From Polyangiaceae bacterium (GTDB lineage Bacteria; Myxococcota_A; Polyangia; Polyangiales; Polyangiaceae), in assembly GCA_044376115.1 (NCBI GenBank), contig JBILLK010000015.1, forward strand, positions 64,001 to 128,000: 64,000 bases of DNA, in the 5' to 3' direction. Below are positions 19,300-30,857 of the stretch, piece by piece. The position numbers and the translations under genes were made by a program. The notes below the pieces were generated by a model. It did not search any database. It worked only from the letters and a program-made list of their open reading frames with translations, and was not told the DNA's origin. How positions within the stretch are numbered: the stretch's first letter is position 1; every line of letters begins with the position of its first letter.

Positions 19300-21088
19300 G
19301 CTCGGCCAACACAATGATACGAGGCGACTCGGTGCCGAAGAAAACACCCGGATGAGCCGTGAGGCCGGTCACTTCAATCACTTTGAACCCCGCCTCGTGC
19401 AGCATCTTGCCGAGCTCGTGCAAGGTGTAGAGCCGAATCGAGTAGTCGAGCTCGCGCGAGAGCCCTCCCTCGAACATCGCGGTTCGCTTCACGCGCAAGC
19501 GACTGGTGAAGAAGTCGAGATAGGTATCGTCCATGCAGACGCAGCGATCGCCTTCGAACCAAACCAGCCCAGGAGCTCGCGAAGCGACGTAGTCACGATT
19601 GACGACGTCGAGCAGGAACATGCCGCCTTGCTTGAGTGAGCGATGTACGTTCTGCAAAACGGCGAGGTTCTTCTCTTCGTCGAAATAGCCGAAGCTCGTC
19701 CCCCAGCAGTAGACGCCGTCAAAGGCTTCTTCGTAGGCCATCTCTCGCATATCGCCTTGAACGAAGGTGGGAACCGTGGGGGCAGTGATCGCCCGCGTGC
19801 GGTTCTTCAGTCGCTGCTCAGCGATGGCGAGTTGACCCAGCGAATAGTCGAGGCCCATCACGTTGTAACCGCGCAAGGCGAAGTCGATGGTGTGGTCCCC
19901 CGCGCCGCACGCTAGGTCGAGCACGACCGCGTGCTTCTCCATGCCCAGGCTCTCCTCGATGAAGTTGACCTCGCGTTGAACGGTCAGATCGTCGGGCCGG
20001 TCATGCGTGCGCAGGTACTCCTCAGAGAAGATGTCTTCCCACCAAGGCTTGCCCTTCTTCGGTAGCTCGGTGACGGCCTTTGGTTCGGGGCGCGCCTTCG
20101 GAGGAGGAGGCGGAGGCTTCTTGGGCGTGTGCAGCGGCGCATCAGGGAGCGGTAACGAATCGGGCTCGATGTCCTCGATGAGGTCATCGCGCTCATCGGG
20201 GATGCGGTCCGAATCAAGCTCAATGAGGGGAGCGATCTCCTCCGTGATGATGGGGATGTCCGGCGCAGACGGCACGCGAATCGGCTCGGCCGCAGGAGAA
20301 AATGCAGCAGGAGCGGGCGGCGCCTCGGCGTAGGGCGGCGCTGAGTAATCACCAGGAGGTGGGTAGTCAGCTACAGGCGGAGCGATCGGTGTCCAGCCGG
20401 TGTCGATCTCGGAGGGGTCATGGGGAGGCGGCCACGTCACCTGGGCCGACTTGATCGGCGGAGGAGGCTCGTTCCCTACGTTGATGATGCGCAGCGCACG
20501 AACCACCGTTATCTCGTCGGCCACCGCATCCGAAAAATCGGGCAGCTCGGAAAATCCCGAAGTCTGGGCACCAACCGTCGTGGGTGGATCGGCCTCCATC
20601 ACCTCCGGCAAGACTGGCGTCAGCGTCCCATCACTCGGGCCATCGACCGCCGCTTCATGAGCGCTCTTCTTTGAGTCGACGAGCTTGACCGTCCGTCGCG
20701 AGTTCCGCTTACGCCCCATCTCGCTCGGTCGAGCTTCAACCTCGACCCTGGGTGGCAGCGGCGAGTTGCTAGGGGTCGCCGGCGGAAAGACCCCACGCGC
20801 GCGAGGGTCATAACCAACCATCCGAGGATCGTAGTCTGCCGTCGGACCGTCCTCGTGATCCGACTGATCAACCACGACCGTTCGCTCGGAATCAAAGTCT
20901 TCCGCAACGGGCTCGGCATACGCAAAACCAGCTACGTGCGGCGCGACTCCGTCGAGCGTCGCCTTGCGACCACCTTGTGACGAGGCCGGCCCCGCCGAGG
21001 GAGGACGCGAAGGACGCGGAACGGTCGCCGGCGCAGGAATTGAGGGCTTGCGACCACCCCGCGAGGCGGTTTCATCTTCTCGACTCAT
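19292..21088 (-). CDS. Class I SAM-dependent methyltransferase with long Pro/acidic disordered N-terminus
   Basis: VLDLACGAG, GLDYS, GDMRE, SFGYF, LKQGG in the C-terminal ~250 aa. Confidence 0.8.
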   Translation of the reverse strand: MSREDETASRGGRKPSIPAPATVPRPSRPPSAGPASSQGGRKATLDGVAPHVAGFAYAEPVAEDFDSERTVVVDQSDHEDGPTADYDPRMVGYDPRARGVFPPATPSNSPLPPRVEVEARPSEMGRKRNSRRTVKLVDSKKSAHEAAVDGPSDGTLTPVLPEVMEADPPTTVGAQTSGFSELPDFSDAVADEITVVRALRIINVGNEPPPPIKSAQVTWPPPHDPSEIDTGWTPIAPPVADYPPPGDYSAPPYAEAPPAPAAFSPAAEPIRVPSAPDIPIITEEIAPLIELDSDRIPDERDDLIEDIEPDSLPLPDAPLHTPKKPPPPPPKARPEPKAVTELPKKGKPWWEDIFSEEYLRTHDRPDDLTVQREVNFIEESLGMEKHAVVLDLACGAGDHTIDFALRGYNVMGLDYSLGQLAIAEQRLKNRTRAITAPTVPTFVQGDMREMAYEEAFDGVYCWGTSFGYFDEEKNLAVLQNVHRSLKQGGMFLLDVVNRDYVASRAPGLVWFEGDRCVCMDDTYLDFFTSRLRVKRTAMFEGGLSRELDYSIRLYTLHELGKMLHEAGFKVIEVTGLTAHPGVFFGTESPRIIVLAERA

Positions 21089-21954
21089 GATGAGCTTCCG
21101 GTGGGAGCGCCATCACCCTCTTGAGAGAGCGTGTGCACAGGCGCACCAAGTCGAATCGCACCCAGCGGATGAGTCAGCTTGGGGGACCCTTTTTCGAGAA
21201 AGACGACCGCCGTCGATCCGAGATGAAATACGCCAATCTCGTCACCACGAGCGACGTCGCGAGGCTCGGGATAGACGTGGGTACCTGGCGAAACGTCGCG
21301 CTCGTCGATCCCAGTGACCGTGATGCGGCCGACGATCATTGCGCCAACCATGACCACCGTGACCCGCCCGTGATCGGGCGAATCGATCGGGATCGCCACG
21401 CGGCGATTGATGGAAAAGAGCGACCGAATATGACGCTCACCGATCGAGTTCACGGGGAAGAGGTCCCCCGGCATCGAACGGACGCGGGAGATGGTGCCAC
21501 CCACCGGGGCGTGAACGCGGTGATAATCCCGCGGCGATAGATAGACGATGAAGAACTGCCCGCCGCTGTAGCGTGCAGCCTCGACCTCACTACCGAGCAA
21601 CTCGGCCGCAGAGTACGGCCTTCCCTTCACCTGAAAGGAGCCGCCCTCGGTGATGTCGCCACCGGCGTCGAGGCGACCATCCGAAGGGCTGACGATCGCG
21701 CTCTTGGATGGGCATTCGGGACGCGCACCAGCCACCAAGGCTCTCGTGAAGAAAGCGTCGAAACTATCGAAGGCCCCCGGGGGACGCACACTCTCCCCGA
21801 CGTTGACGTCGTAGGCTTTGGTGAATAGGCCGACCACCAGCTTGGACAGCGGAGGTGGAATGGAAGCGTCAGCGAGCTTCCCGACCGCGCGCGTGATCTG
21901 CACGCGAGGGAGGACTCGAAGAAGCTGTGCTGCTGCGTAGGTTGCAACGCTCAT
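21085..21954 (-). CDS. psd: Phosphatidylserine decarboxylase proenzyme
   Basis: SFDAFFTR, SPSDG, QVKG, YLSPRDYHRVH, LGST self-cleavage motif. Confidence 0.92.
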   Translation of the reverse strand: MSVATYAAAQLLRVLPRVQITRAVGKLADASIPPPLSKLVVGLFTKAYDVNVGESVRPPGAFDSFDAFFTRALVAGARPECPSKSAIVSPSDGRLDAGGDITEGGSFQVKGRPYSAAELLGSEVEAARYSGGQFFIVYLSPRDYHRVHAPVGGTISRVRSMPGDLFPVNSIGERHIRSLFSINRRVAIPIDSPDHGRVTVVMVGAMIVGRITVTGIDERDVSPGTHVYPEPRDVARGDEIGVFHLGSTAVVFLEKGSPKLTHPLGAIRLGAPVHTLSQEGDGAPTGSSS

Positions 21955-22155
21955 CAGGCAAGAGCAGCGATGCTAGGCGGCCCGTTCTTGAGAGGTCAAC
22001 CAAGCACTTCACCAACCGCTCCGAAGCGCACCTATTTGGTGCGATCGCTCGATTCGGGGGCAGCAGGAGAAAACAGCTTGCAGCCAGCCGCTTTCAGAAC
22101 GTAGGGATTCCCGCCTCAATTCCGCTCGTTCGAGAAAGAGCAAAGAAAAGGGTGC

Positions 22156-22171
22156 TGGCACGATGCTGGCT
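22156..22171 (+). promoter_or_regulatory. Sigma54 (-24/-12) promoter
   Basis: TGGCACGATGCTGGCT (GG-N10-GC); ATG 22183 begins 12 nt after GC. Confidence 0.7.
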
Positions 22172-22182
22172 AACGCGCCGGT

Positions 22183-23742
<1,560 letters not shown>

Positions 23743-23744
23743 CG

Positions 23745-25253
23745 CTACTGCCCGTGAGGCTTCTTGCGAGCTGCGTTGCACAGAGCGGCCAACCCGGGTT
23801 CACTCGGTAGCTGCGGAGGATCCAGTTCGCGACAGGCGACCCAAGGATCGTAAGGGGCCCCCATGATCGCAAAACGCTCTGAGCGCACCGCGTCCTCGTG
23901 TCCCAAGACGCCGCGCATCGACCACCAGACCGAGTCACCGGTCGCCACATCCTTGGTTTCGCTCACCAAGGCGCGTGCGGCCTCTTCGCGTCCGTTGCGG
24001 CCAGTGGCGCGCGCCAGCAAACCGCGGATCGAAGCTTCACGCGGCAGTAGGTCTTTCGCTAGCTGAAACTCGCGCTCTGATGCTGCTGCGTGGCCGCGCG
24101 AGAGCAACAGTTCGCCCAGGCGGTAGTGCTTTCGGGCCTTGGGCAGGACTTTGGGAGCAGGAGCGCCTGGCCGGAGCGCTGGGTCAATCTCGCGACCTTC
24201 TCGCGACACGTGGGCCTTCCACTGGTCCTTCCACTCGGAGAACTTTCGCGAGCTGGCCCGCTCCACAAGATTCTCGATCGAGCCGCCGCTCTTGCACTCT
24301 TGCAGCAGCTTCGACAGGCCGGCAGCACCGGCCTCCTCGCTGTAGAAGGTCATGAAGCTCTGCACCTTGGCGTAGGTGATTTGCGCCTCGAGGGCACTCG
24401 GCAGGAGGGCGATCGACGGGCCGATCGCGTCGATGTCGGGCCCGATACCGCCGCTCAAACCCAACGCAGCCACGTCCACTGCGCGCGGGGTATCGTCGAA
24501 GGGAGACGGCTCACGCCAAGCCGACTCGAGTCTGCGCGCAACGCCCTCTTGCAGCCACAGCGGAGCTTGATCGGTGCTCGCGCGAGCCAACGCAAGATGC
24601 GTGAGTTCGTGGGCCATCGTGTCCAGAAAGCCGTAGCCGCCGTCTGCGGCGCGGGGCGAGACCATGATCACGCGGCCCCATTTGGCGATGCCGATCGTCC
24701 CTGTCGTGCGGGCGGCTGTAAGCGGTAGGCCGGTCATTTTCGAGAGGCTGAATTGATCGCGCACCAACTCGATGCGCACCCACTTCGGCATCACTACGTT
24801 CAACTCACGCTGGAACAGTGAACGGGTCCGCGAGACGACGTCGTAGATGGAGGGCAACAGCACAGCGTCCTCAGCATCTGCCAGCCGTACCCAAGACCCC
24901 GAGGCTTCATCCGTAAAGACGACCGACCCCGCGGTCGCGGATATGCAACCGCGCGCAGCCCCGCCGATTTGCCGGCCCGACTCATCCTCGAGCAAGTCAT
25001 GCTTCCCCAAGGTAGCCAGCGCACTTGCGCAATCCCCCTTGTAGAGCTCAAGGCGCGCCCGCTCGATCGCCACCATACCGTCCTGAGGATCGGCGAGCGC
25101 GAGTTTTGCCTCCGCCTCATCGACGCTGAGCTCCAAGACCAACGACCGCACATGCGAGGCCAGCGCCTTGTCGCCCAACGAAGCTTGGGTGGGCTGCGCC
25201 CCCAACATCACCACTCCGAGGAGCGCCGCTGCGATGGACCGAACTACCTTCAT
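23745..25253 (-). CDS. Secreted TPR-containing zinc metallopeptidase (peptidase MA/gluzincin-like)
   Basis: Signal peptide; HELTH followed by WLQEGVA; TPR-like helices. Confidence 0.7.
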   Translation of the reverse strand: MKVVRSIAAALLGVVMLGAQPTQASLGDKALASHVRSLVLELSVDEAEAKLALADPQDGMVAIERARLELYKGDCASALATLGKHDLLEDESGRQIGGAARGCISATAGSVVFTDEASGSWVRLADAEDAVLLPSIYDVVSRTRSLFQRELNVVMPKWVRIELVRDQFSLSKMTGLPLTAARTTGTIGIAKWGRVIMVSPRAADGGYGFLDTMAHELTHLALARASTDQAPLWLQEGVARRLESAWREPSPFDDTPRAVDVAALGLSGGIGPDIDAIGPSIALLPSALEAQITYAKVQSFMTFYSEEAGAAGLSKLLQECKSGGSIENLVERASSRKFSEWKDQWKAHVSREGREIDPALRPGAPAPKVLPKARKHYRLGELLLSRGHAAASEREFQLAKDLLPREASIRGLLARATGRNGREEAARALVSETKDVATGDSVWWSMRGVLGHEDAVRSERFAIMGAPYDPWVACRELDPPQLPSEPGLAALCNAARKKPHGQ

Positions 25254-28153
25254 CGAAGTAGCCCCTCGGTGTAGCGACGCAGAGCATCGCGTTGACGCTT
25301 ATCGTGGGGTTTGGACAATCCATCCATCACGCGTTTGCGCCACTCTTCGGGATTCTTGTGTTGGTCCGCTGAAGGGATCTCGGCTTCCTGTCCGGGCTTC
25401 CCTTCACCAGAGGGCATCGGCGCAGCGCTGGGCGCGTCGTTGCTCGGCTCGCGGGCGTCATCCGGCACGTCACGCGACATCTCCAACACGCGCTGTGCAT
25501 CACGCTGCTTCTCAGCACCCTGTTCGACATCGCCCTTCTCCAGGGCCTCTTTGGCGGCTCGCATCGCCTCAGCCGCTTGCTGAAGGCGATCGAGTTGGCT
25601 TTGGGGCATCGCGGTGTCGCCTTGCTCGCCCTGCTGACGAAGCGCATCCGCCTTCTCCGCGAGCTTGCCCTCGTTCTTACCCGCCTTCGAAAGCGCGTCT
25701 TTGGCCCGCTCCTTGGCCTGTTCGTCGATGGCCTTCTGCAAGGCCTCGAGCGCTGTGATCGCCTCTTCGACACGATTCCCGGCGCGGGTGGCTTCAGCCC
25801 CCACGACTTCGTCGTCAACGAACTCCTCGAGTGCCGCACGCTTCTTTGCCTCGCGCAGCTGAGCGAGCCCCTCCTTGCCCTCCGCGATGGCGTCTTTGAT
25901 CTTGCCTCGCTCCAGCTTGGTCGCCATCGATTGAACGCGCTGCTTCGCCTTGGCGGCCTGCTCCGCGGCCGACCCCGGCGCACCCGAGTTGGGCAAGCTC
26001 TTCACCGCCTCACGCAGCGCCTCGGCTTGTTCGCGCGCGAGCTTCTTAAGTGCGTCGCGCTCTTCCTTGGTGGTCGCATCCTCCAGCGCGCGGTCCAACT
26101 TGTCGAGCTCGGCTTGGTGTTCAGTGATGAGCTCCTCCAAGGACTTCCCTGCAGACTCCGCCAGGTCGTGGGCCGCGGAGGCCTCACCGTCGGCGACGCC
26201 AGAACCGTCACTGCCGCCTGACTCGACACCCGGCCGCCCACCGCCCCCAATGCTGAAGGTCGGCTGCCGCAGACGCTCGGCCAAGTGTTGCGCTGCAAGC
26301 TCCGCTTGGAACCATTGGCCGGCATCGACCGCACGCTGAATCTTCTCGGTCCCTGAGCGAGTGAGGTCCCCCAGATCGGCACCTAGATCGCCCAGCTTGG
26401 AGAGTTCTTGGGAGGCGGGCGCCAGGACCAAGAGCGCAGCGCCTAGCCGCTCGCGACCTCGCTCGGCCTCGACCTCGGTCTGTGCGGCGTTTGCCGCTTT
26501 CTGCGCATCCTCCGCGACCAGCGCGAGCTTCTTCGCGATCACTCCGGCTTCGCTGTTGGCACTTCCGCGGACGCTAGAATCAACCGCCAGCACGACCTCC
26601 TCGGTCACGGTCGTGAGCGTCTCGAGCGCTTTGCTGCTGGGAGCTGCGCGAAAGGCCTTCCCGGCCTCTTCCAAACGGCGCAGTTGGCCGGCGAATACGC
26701 GACGCGTGCTGCCGACCACGCGCAGCCCGCCGTAGCTCTCCGAAAGGACGCTCTCAACGATGCCGAGCGCGACCTTCTCCGCCTTCTCGTCGGCTCGAGC
26801 GAGAGCCTCCATCGAGGCTCCCGGCGTCGCGTTCAGCCGTGCAGCGAGCAGATCGACAAGGCCATTACGCGCTTGTGTGAGCGCCAAGTGACGCTTCGCC
26901 TCGGGCTCACCGACGATAGGCGGAATCACGATGAAGGCCTGGCTCGAGCCCCACTTCGAGCCGATGACCGAGTCGTTGTCACGAGCCTGAATCGTTACTT
27001 CGACTGGAATGTGGGACCGCTTGAAGAAGGCCTCTTGCGTCGAAAGTTCAAACGACCCCTGTTCGGACTTCGTTTGCGTGTGCGGCTTACTCAAGGAGCG
27101 CCGCTCTTCCGCTTCTCCAGCCCGCAGCACGAGTGCCACCTCTGCGAGACCGTAGTCATCCGTTGCCTGCCACGAGAGCGATAGCGACTTCTTGTCGACG
27201 AGCTTTACTTTCTGAGGCGCGCCAGCGAGCGCGACCTGCGGGGCCTCATCCGCCACGCTCTCGAGCGCGAGCACGTCATGCTGCTCTACGCGCACCGAAC
27301 CAAAGGCCGCAGCGATGCGCAGGTCCGCTGAGTTCTTCACGGTCCAGCGTGCGACCACCGCGCCCTTACCATCGGGGACGAACCGCTCACTGCTGACCCC
27401 GTCGGTCAGCACGAGGTTGCGACCGGCGTGTAGCGGGCGTGCACGCAAAGTGATCACACTGCCGCGCGGCAGCTCGACGTCAGACAGGCTGGTCAAAACC
27501 AACCGACCAAGCGACGTATGACGAGGCGCGTCCACCGTAAGCTCAACCTGGTCCACGTACAGTAGCGAGAATGCACCAACACCTTTGCGCGCAGTCCACA
27601 CCGAAAGCCCCTCGAGTGTCCGCGTTGGCTCAATCGCGACGGCGACCATGAGCGCAGCAGCCAAGAGCAGCGCCCCGACGCTGACCCGCAGCGCCAGCCG
27701 CTGTGCACCTGCGGAAAGCGCGGCGTAGTCGATGCGCGATAGCTTGCGCTGCAGATGCAGGTCCGCAAGCTCCGCGCTCGCTCGCTTCGCCGGCGTCGCC
27801 TCCTCCACCAAATCGAGGTCGGCGCTGCTTCGCAGCGCGAGGTCGTGAGCCCGACCAATCGCCTCCGCGAGTTCCGCTTGCGTCTGGGAGGTCGCTCGCA
27901 AGAGCCCGAGCAACGGGTCACGGTTCTTGTACCAGCGATAGGCCTCGGACAAGGCCGGCACCAGCAACGCCCCGAGTACGAGCGCGGTAGCACCCAAGCG
28001 CGCCTGCTCGGTGCCCAATCGAGCCAGGCTCGCGCCCGCGACCACGCCCGATGCAACCACCACCGTCTGCAGCGTGAGCGTGGTTGCGCCGCGTGCCGAC
28101 TTCTGCACCTTCTGGGCGGCAGCCCACGCCTGCTTGACGAGCTCGCTCGTCAC
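25250..28153 (-). CDS. Large membrane-anchored coiled-coil protein (DUF4175-like)
   Basis: N-terminal TMs, ATDDYGL and ARDND Ig-like motifs, long helical region, C-terminal WRKRVMDGL...RYTEGLLR. Confidence 0.55.
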   Translation of the reverse strand: MTSELVKQAWAAAQKVQKSARGATTLTLQTVVVASGVVAGASLARLGTEQARLGATALVLGALLVPALSEAYRWYKNRDPLLGLLRATSQTQAELAEAIGRAHDLALRSSADLDLVEEATPAKRASAELADLHLQRKLSRIDYAALSAGAQRLALRVSVGALLLAAALMVAVAIEPTRTLEGLSVWTARKGVGAFSLLYVDQVELTVDAPRHTSLGRLVLTSLSDVELPRGSVITLRARPLHAGRNLVLTDGVSSERFVPDGKGAVVARWTVKNSADLRIAAAFGSVRVEQHDVLALESVADEAPQVALAGAPQKVKLVDKKSLSLSWQATDDYGLAEVALVLRAGEAEERRSLSKPHTQTKSEQGSFELSTQEAFFKRSHIPVEVTIQARDNDSVIGSKWGSSQAFIVIPPIVGEPEAKRHLALTQARNGLVDLLAARLNATPGASMEALARADEKAEKVALGIVESVLSESYGGLRVVGSTRRVFAGQLRRLEEAGKAFRAAPSSKALETLTTVTEEVVLAVDSSVRGSANSEAGVIAKKLALVAEDAQKAANAAQTEVEAERGRERLGAALLVLAPASQELSKLGDLGADLGDLTRSGTEKIQRAVDAGQWFQAELAAQHLAERLRQPTFSIGGGGRPGVESGGSDGSGVADGEASAAHDLAESAGKSLEELITEHQAELDKLDRALEDATTKEERDALKKLAREQAEALREAVKSLPNSGAPGSAAEQAAKAKQRVQSMATKLERGKIKDAIAEGKEGLAQLREAKKRAALEEFVDDEVVGAEATRAGNRVEEAITALEALQKAIDEQAKERAKDALSKAGKNEGKLAEKADALRQQGEQGDTAMPQSQLDRLQQAAEAMRAAKEALEKGDVEQGAEKQRDAQRVLEMSRDVPDDAREPSNDAPSAAPMPSGEGKPGQEAEIPSADQHKNPEEWRKRVMDGLSKPHDKRQRDALRRYTEGLLR

Positions 28154-29325
28154 CGTTTCCCTCCGCGAAGCAGCTCCGTGATGGCTTCACCCAGACCCTC
28201 GACGGTGAGGTCGAACATCGGAAAAATCTGCGAGATCGGATCGATCGTCGTCCCGCGGTAGTTGCGCCAATTCTCTGGGTTGAGCCAAACCGTGCGGTAG
28301 AAATGATCGCGCAAGCGGCGCAACCACTCGATACCTGGAATGCGGCCCTCATCCCCAACGTAGCCGCTCGACCCGAGAAGTTCATAGGGGGCCATCAGCG
28401 CGTCACCAACGAGCACCAGCTTGTATTTTGGTCCGCACTCGGCAATCAGATCTTGAACGGTCATCGGCTCGAGGAAGGTGTCGGTCTTCCAAACCCGGCC
28501 GTAGACGCAGTTGTGAAAGTAGTACGTCCGCAACTCTCGAAAGTGAGAAGCGCGCTTTGCCGCGCTGAAGAGCTGCGACATAACATACGCGTAAGGGTCC
28601 ATCGACCCGCCGACATCCATCATCAAGATGACACGCGTCTCCGAGCGCCGCGGCGGCTTGACCACCACCTCGAGTTCCCCGGCGTTGCGCGCGGTCTCGC
28701 GGATGGTGTCATCAATATCGAGTTCACTGGGAGCGCCCTCATGCGCAAACACACGCAGCTTGCGCAGCGCGACCTCGATCTGACGCGTGTCGAGCAGCAC
28801 GTCGGTTCGGTAAGGCTTGTACTTACGCGCATCGGCTGAGAGCATCGCACCGCCCTTGCCGCCTCCCCCACCGACCGAAAGGCCCTTCGGGTTCACTCCG
28901 CCGGTCCCGAACGGCGAGGTGCCGCCCGTTCCGATCCAGCGGTTTCCACCGTCGTGGCGCTCTTTCTGTTCGGCCAGCCGCTGCTCGAATAGTTTGAGGC
29001 TCTCGTTGAGGTCGAGCGCCTCCAGAGTCTCGCGTTCATCCGGGTTGAGCTCGCGCATCTTGATCGGATCGCGCAGCCACGAGAGCAGCTCCTCCGCGAT
29101 CTTTTTGGCTTCGATCTTTATGCCTCGAAAGTGCGCGCTGAAGGCGACGTCGAAGTCATCGAGGTGTCGCTCATCGTGGATCAGGATCGAACGCGCGACG
29201 AAGTAGAAGCCCTCCAACGAGCTGTCGTGCAAGCCCATCGTCAGCGCCCGCGCGAGATGCACCGCCTCCTGGGCTCCCACGGGAACCTTGCGACCGCGCA
29301 GCTCGTACAGGAAGTCGACGAACAC
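28150..29325 (-). CDS. VWA domain protein (CoxE-like MoxR partner)
   Basis: GTG 29325; RWIGTGGTSPFG, MIDAS-like DVGGSM, YFHNC, VGDA, WLNP. Confidence 0.82.
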   Translation of the reverse strand: MFVDFLYELRGRKVPVGAQEAVHLARALTMGLHDSSLEGFYFVARSILIHDERHLDDFDVAFSAHFRGIKIEAKKIAEELLSWLRDPIKMRELNPDERETLEALDLNESLKLFEQRLAEQKERHDGGNRWIGTGGTSPFGTGGVNPKGLSVGGGGGKGGAMLSADARKYKPYRTDVLLDTRQIEVALRKLRVFAHEGAPSELDIDDTIRETARNAGELEVVVKPPRRSETRVILMMDVGGSMDPYAYVMSQLFSAAKRASHFRELRTYYFHNCVYGRVWKTDTFLEPMTVQDLIAECGPKYKLVLVGDALMAPYELLGSSGYVGDEGRIPGIEWLRRLRDHFYRTVWLNPENWRNYRGTTIDPISQIFPMFDLTVEGLGEAITELLRGGKR

Positions 29326-29326
29326 G

Positions 29327-30190
29327 TCAGGACCGGTAACGCTTCCCGCCAGCAAGCTGGTCGGCAAACGCAGCTAGATCCTGCTCCTTTTTGAGCAACG
29401 TGCCCAAAAACGGAAGGCTCTTCTCGAGCTTCACTTCACGGATTCCGGCCCGACGTAGCACGGCGATCCAGTCGATCAGCTCACTCGTCGAGGGCCGCTT
29501 GCGCAGCCGCAGGCCATCACGAACCTCATAGAACACCTTCAACACCTGGTCTTGCAGGGCTTGGTCTAACTCAGGGTGATGAACCGCCACGATCCGTTTC
29601 ATGAACTCCTGATCCGGAAAGTCAATGAAGTGAAACACGCAGCGACGCAGGAATGCATCAGGAAGCTCCTTTTCGTTGTTGCTGGTAATGATGACGACCG
29701 GCCGCAGCTTCGCCGCCACGTCTTCCCCAGTTTCAACGATGCGAAACTTCATGCGGTCGAGCTCGTGCAAGAGATCGTTCGGAAACTCGAGATCGGCCTT
29801 GTCGACCTCGTCGATCAACAGCACGACCCGCGTCTCACTGGCGAACGCACGACCCATCGCTCCGAGCTTGATGTACCGCTTGATGTCGCGCACGTCGCCA
29901 TCACCGAATCGCGAGTCGTAAAGGCGCTGTACGGTGTCGTAGACGTACAGGCCTTCCGTCGCTTTGGTGGTGCTCTTCACGTGCCAGGTCAGGAGCTCGA
30001 GGCCCAACCCCTCGGCAATCGCCTCGGCAAGGAGCGTTTTGCCGGTTCCCGGCTCCCCGCGTACGAGCAACGGCCGCTCGAGGGCAATGGCACAATTGAC
30101 GGCGCTCTCGAGCGCCTCGTTCGTCAGGTAGCGGTCGGTACCAGTAAAGCGACGAAAGGAGTCGGCATCGCTGGAAAAGGGAGACGTCAT
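29327..30190 (-). CDS. MoxR/CoxD-like AAA+ ATPase
   Basis: GEPGTGKT, LIDEVDKAD, FPNDLLHELD, ITSNNEKELPDAFLRRC. Confidence 0.88.
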   Translation of the reverse strand: MTSPFSSDADSFRRFTGTDRYLTNEALESAVNCAIALERPLLVRGEPGTGKTLLAEAIAEGLGLELLTWHVKSTTKATEGLYVYDTVQRLYDSRFGDGDVRDIKRYIKLGAMGRAFASETRVVLLIDEVDKADLEFPNDLLHELDRMKFRIVETGEDVAAKLRPVVIITSNNEKELPDAFLRRCVFHFIDFPDQEFMKRIVAVHHPELDQALQDQVLKVFYEVRDGLRLRKRPSTSELIDWIAVLRRAGIREVKLEKSLPFLGTLLKKEQDLAAFADQLAGGKRYRS

Positions 30191-30254
30191 GGGCCTGAAG
30201 CCTAGTACATCCTCCTGCCGTTTTCCCGCCTCACGCGCCAAAGCGCGCTAGCAG

Positions 30255-30857
30255 TCAGCGACGAGCTGCAAAACCGGCGCGCCCGAGTCGTGCGCACTCT
30301 GCGTGTCGCTGACAGTCGACCATGTGGTCGTTCACCAGACCAACCGCCTGCGCGAACGCATACACAATCACAGGCCCGCAGAAGGTGAAGCCGCGCCTCT
30401 TCAGATCTTTTGACAGAGCCGTACTCATCGCTGTTTGAGTGGGCACTTCCTTCATCGTACGAAAGCGATTCTGCACCGGCTTGCCATCCACAAAGCCCCA
30501 CAGGTACTGGGCGAAGCTCCCGTGCTCCATGATAGCGAGGTAGCCGCGGGCGTTCTTGATTGCACCATTCACCTTGAGGCGCGAACGAACAATGGCGGAG
30601 TTACCTAGCAGTCGCTCGACCTTCTCGGCGTCATAGCGGGCTATGACCTCAGGCGCAAAGCCGTCGAACGCCTCGCGAAAGGCGGCTCGTTTGCGCAAGA
30701 TCGTTATCCAGGAAAGGCCGGCTTGAAAGCCGTCGAGAACCAGCTTCTCGAACAATGCGCGATCGTCATACTCCGGGACTCCCCACTCAGTGTCGTGGTA
30801 CTCACAATAAAGCGTGTCCGTCCCAGGCCATGTGCAACCACCTCGCTCAACGCCCAT
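30255..30857 (-). CDS. tag: DNA-3-methyladenine glycosylase I
   Basis: CTWP, YHDTEWGVP, QAGLSWITILRKR, LKRRGF, GLVNDH..DC. Confidence 0.92.
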   Translation of the reverse strand: MGVERGGCTWPGTDTLYCEYHDTEWGVPEYDDRALFEKLVLDGFQAGLSWITILRKRAAFREAFDGFAPEVIARYDAEKVERLLGNSAIVRSRLKVNGAIKNARGYLAIMEHGSFAQYLWGFVDGKPVQNRFRTMKEVPTQTAMSTALSKDLKRRGFTFCGPVIVYAFAQAVGLVNDHMVDCQRHAECARLGRAGFAARR

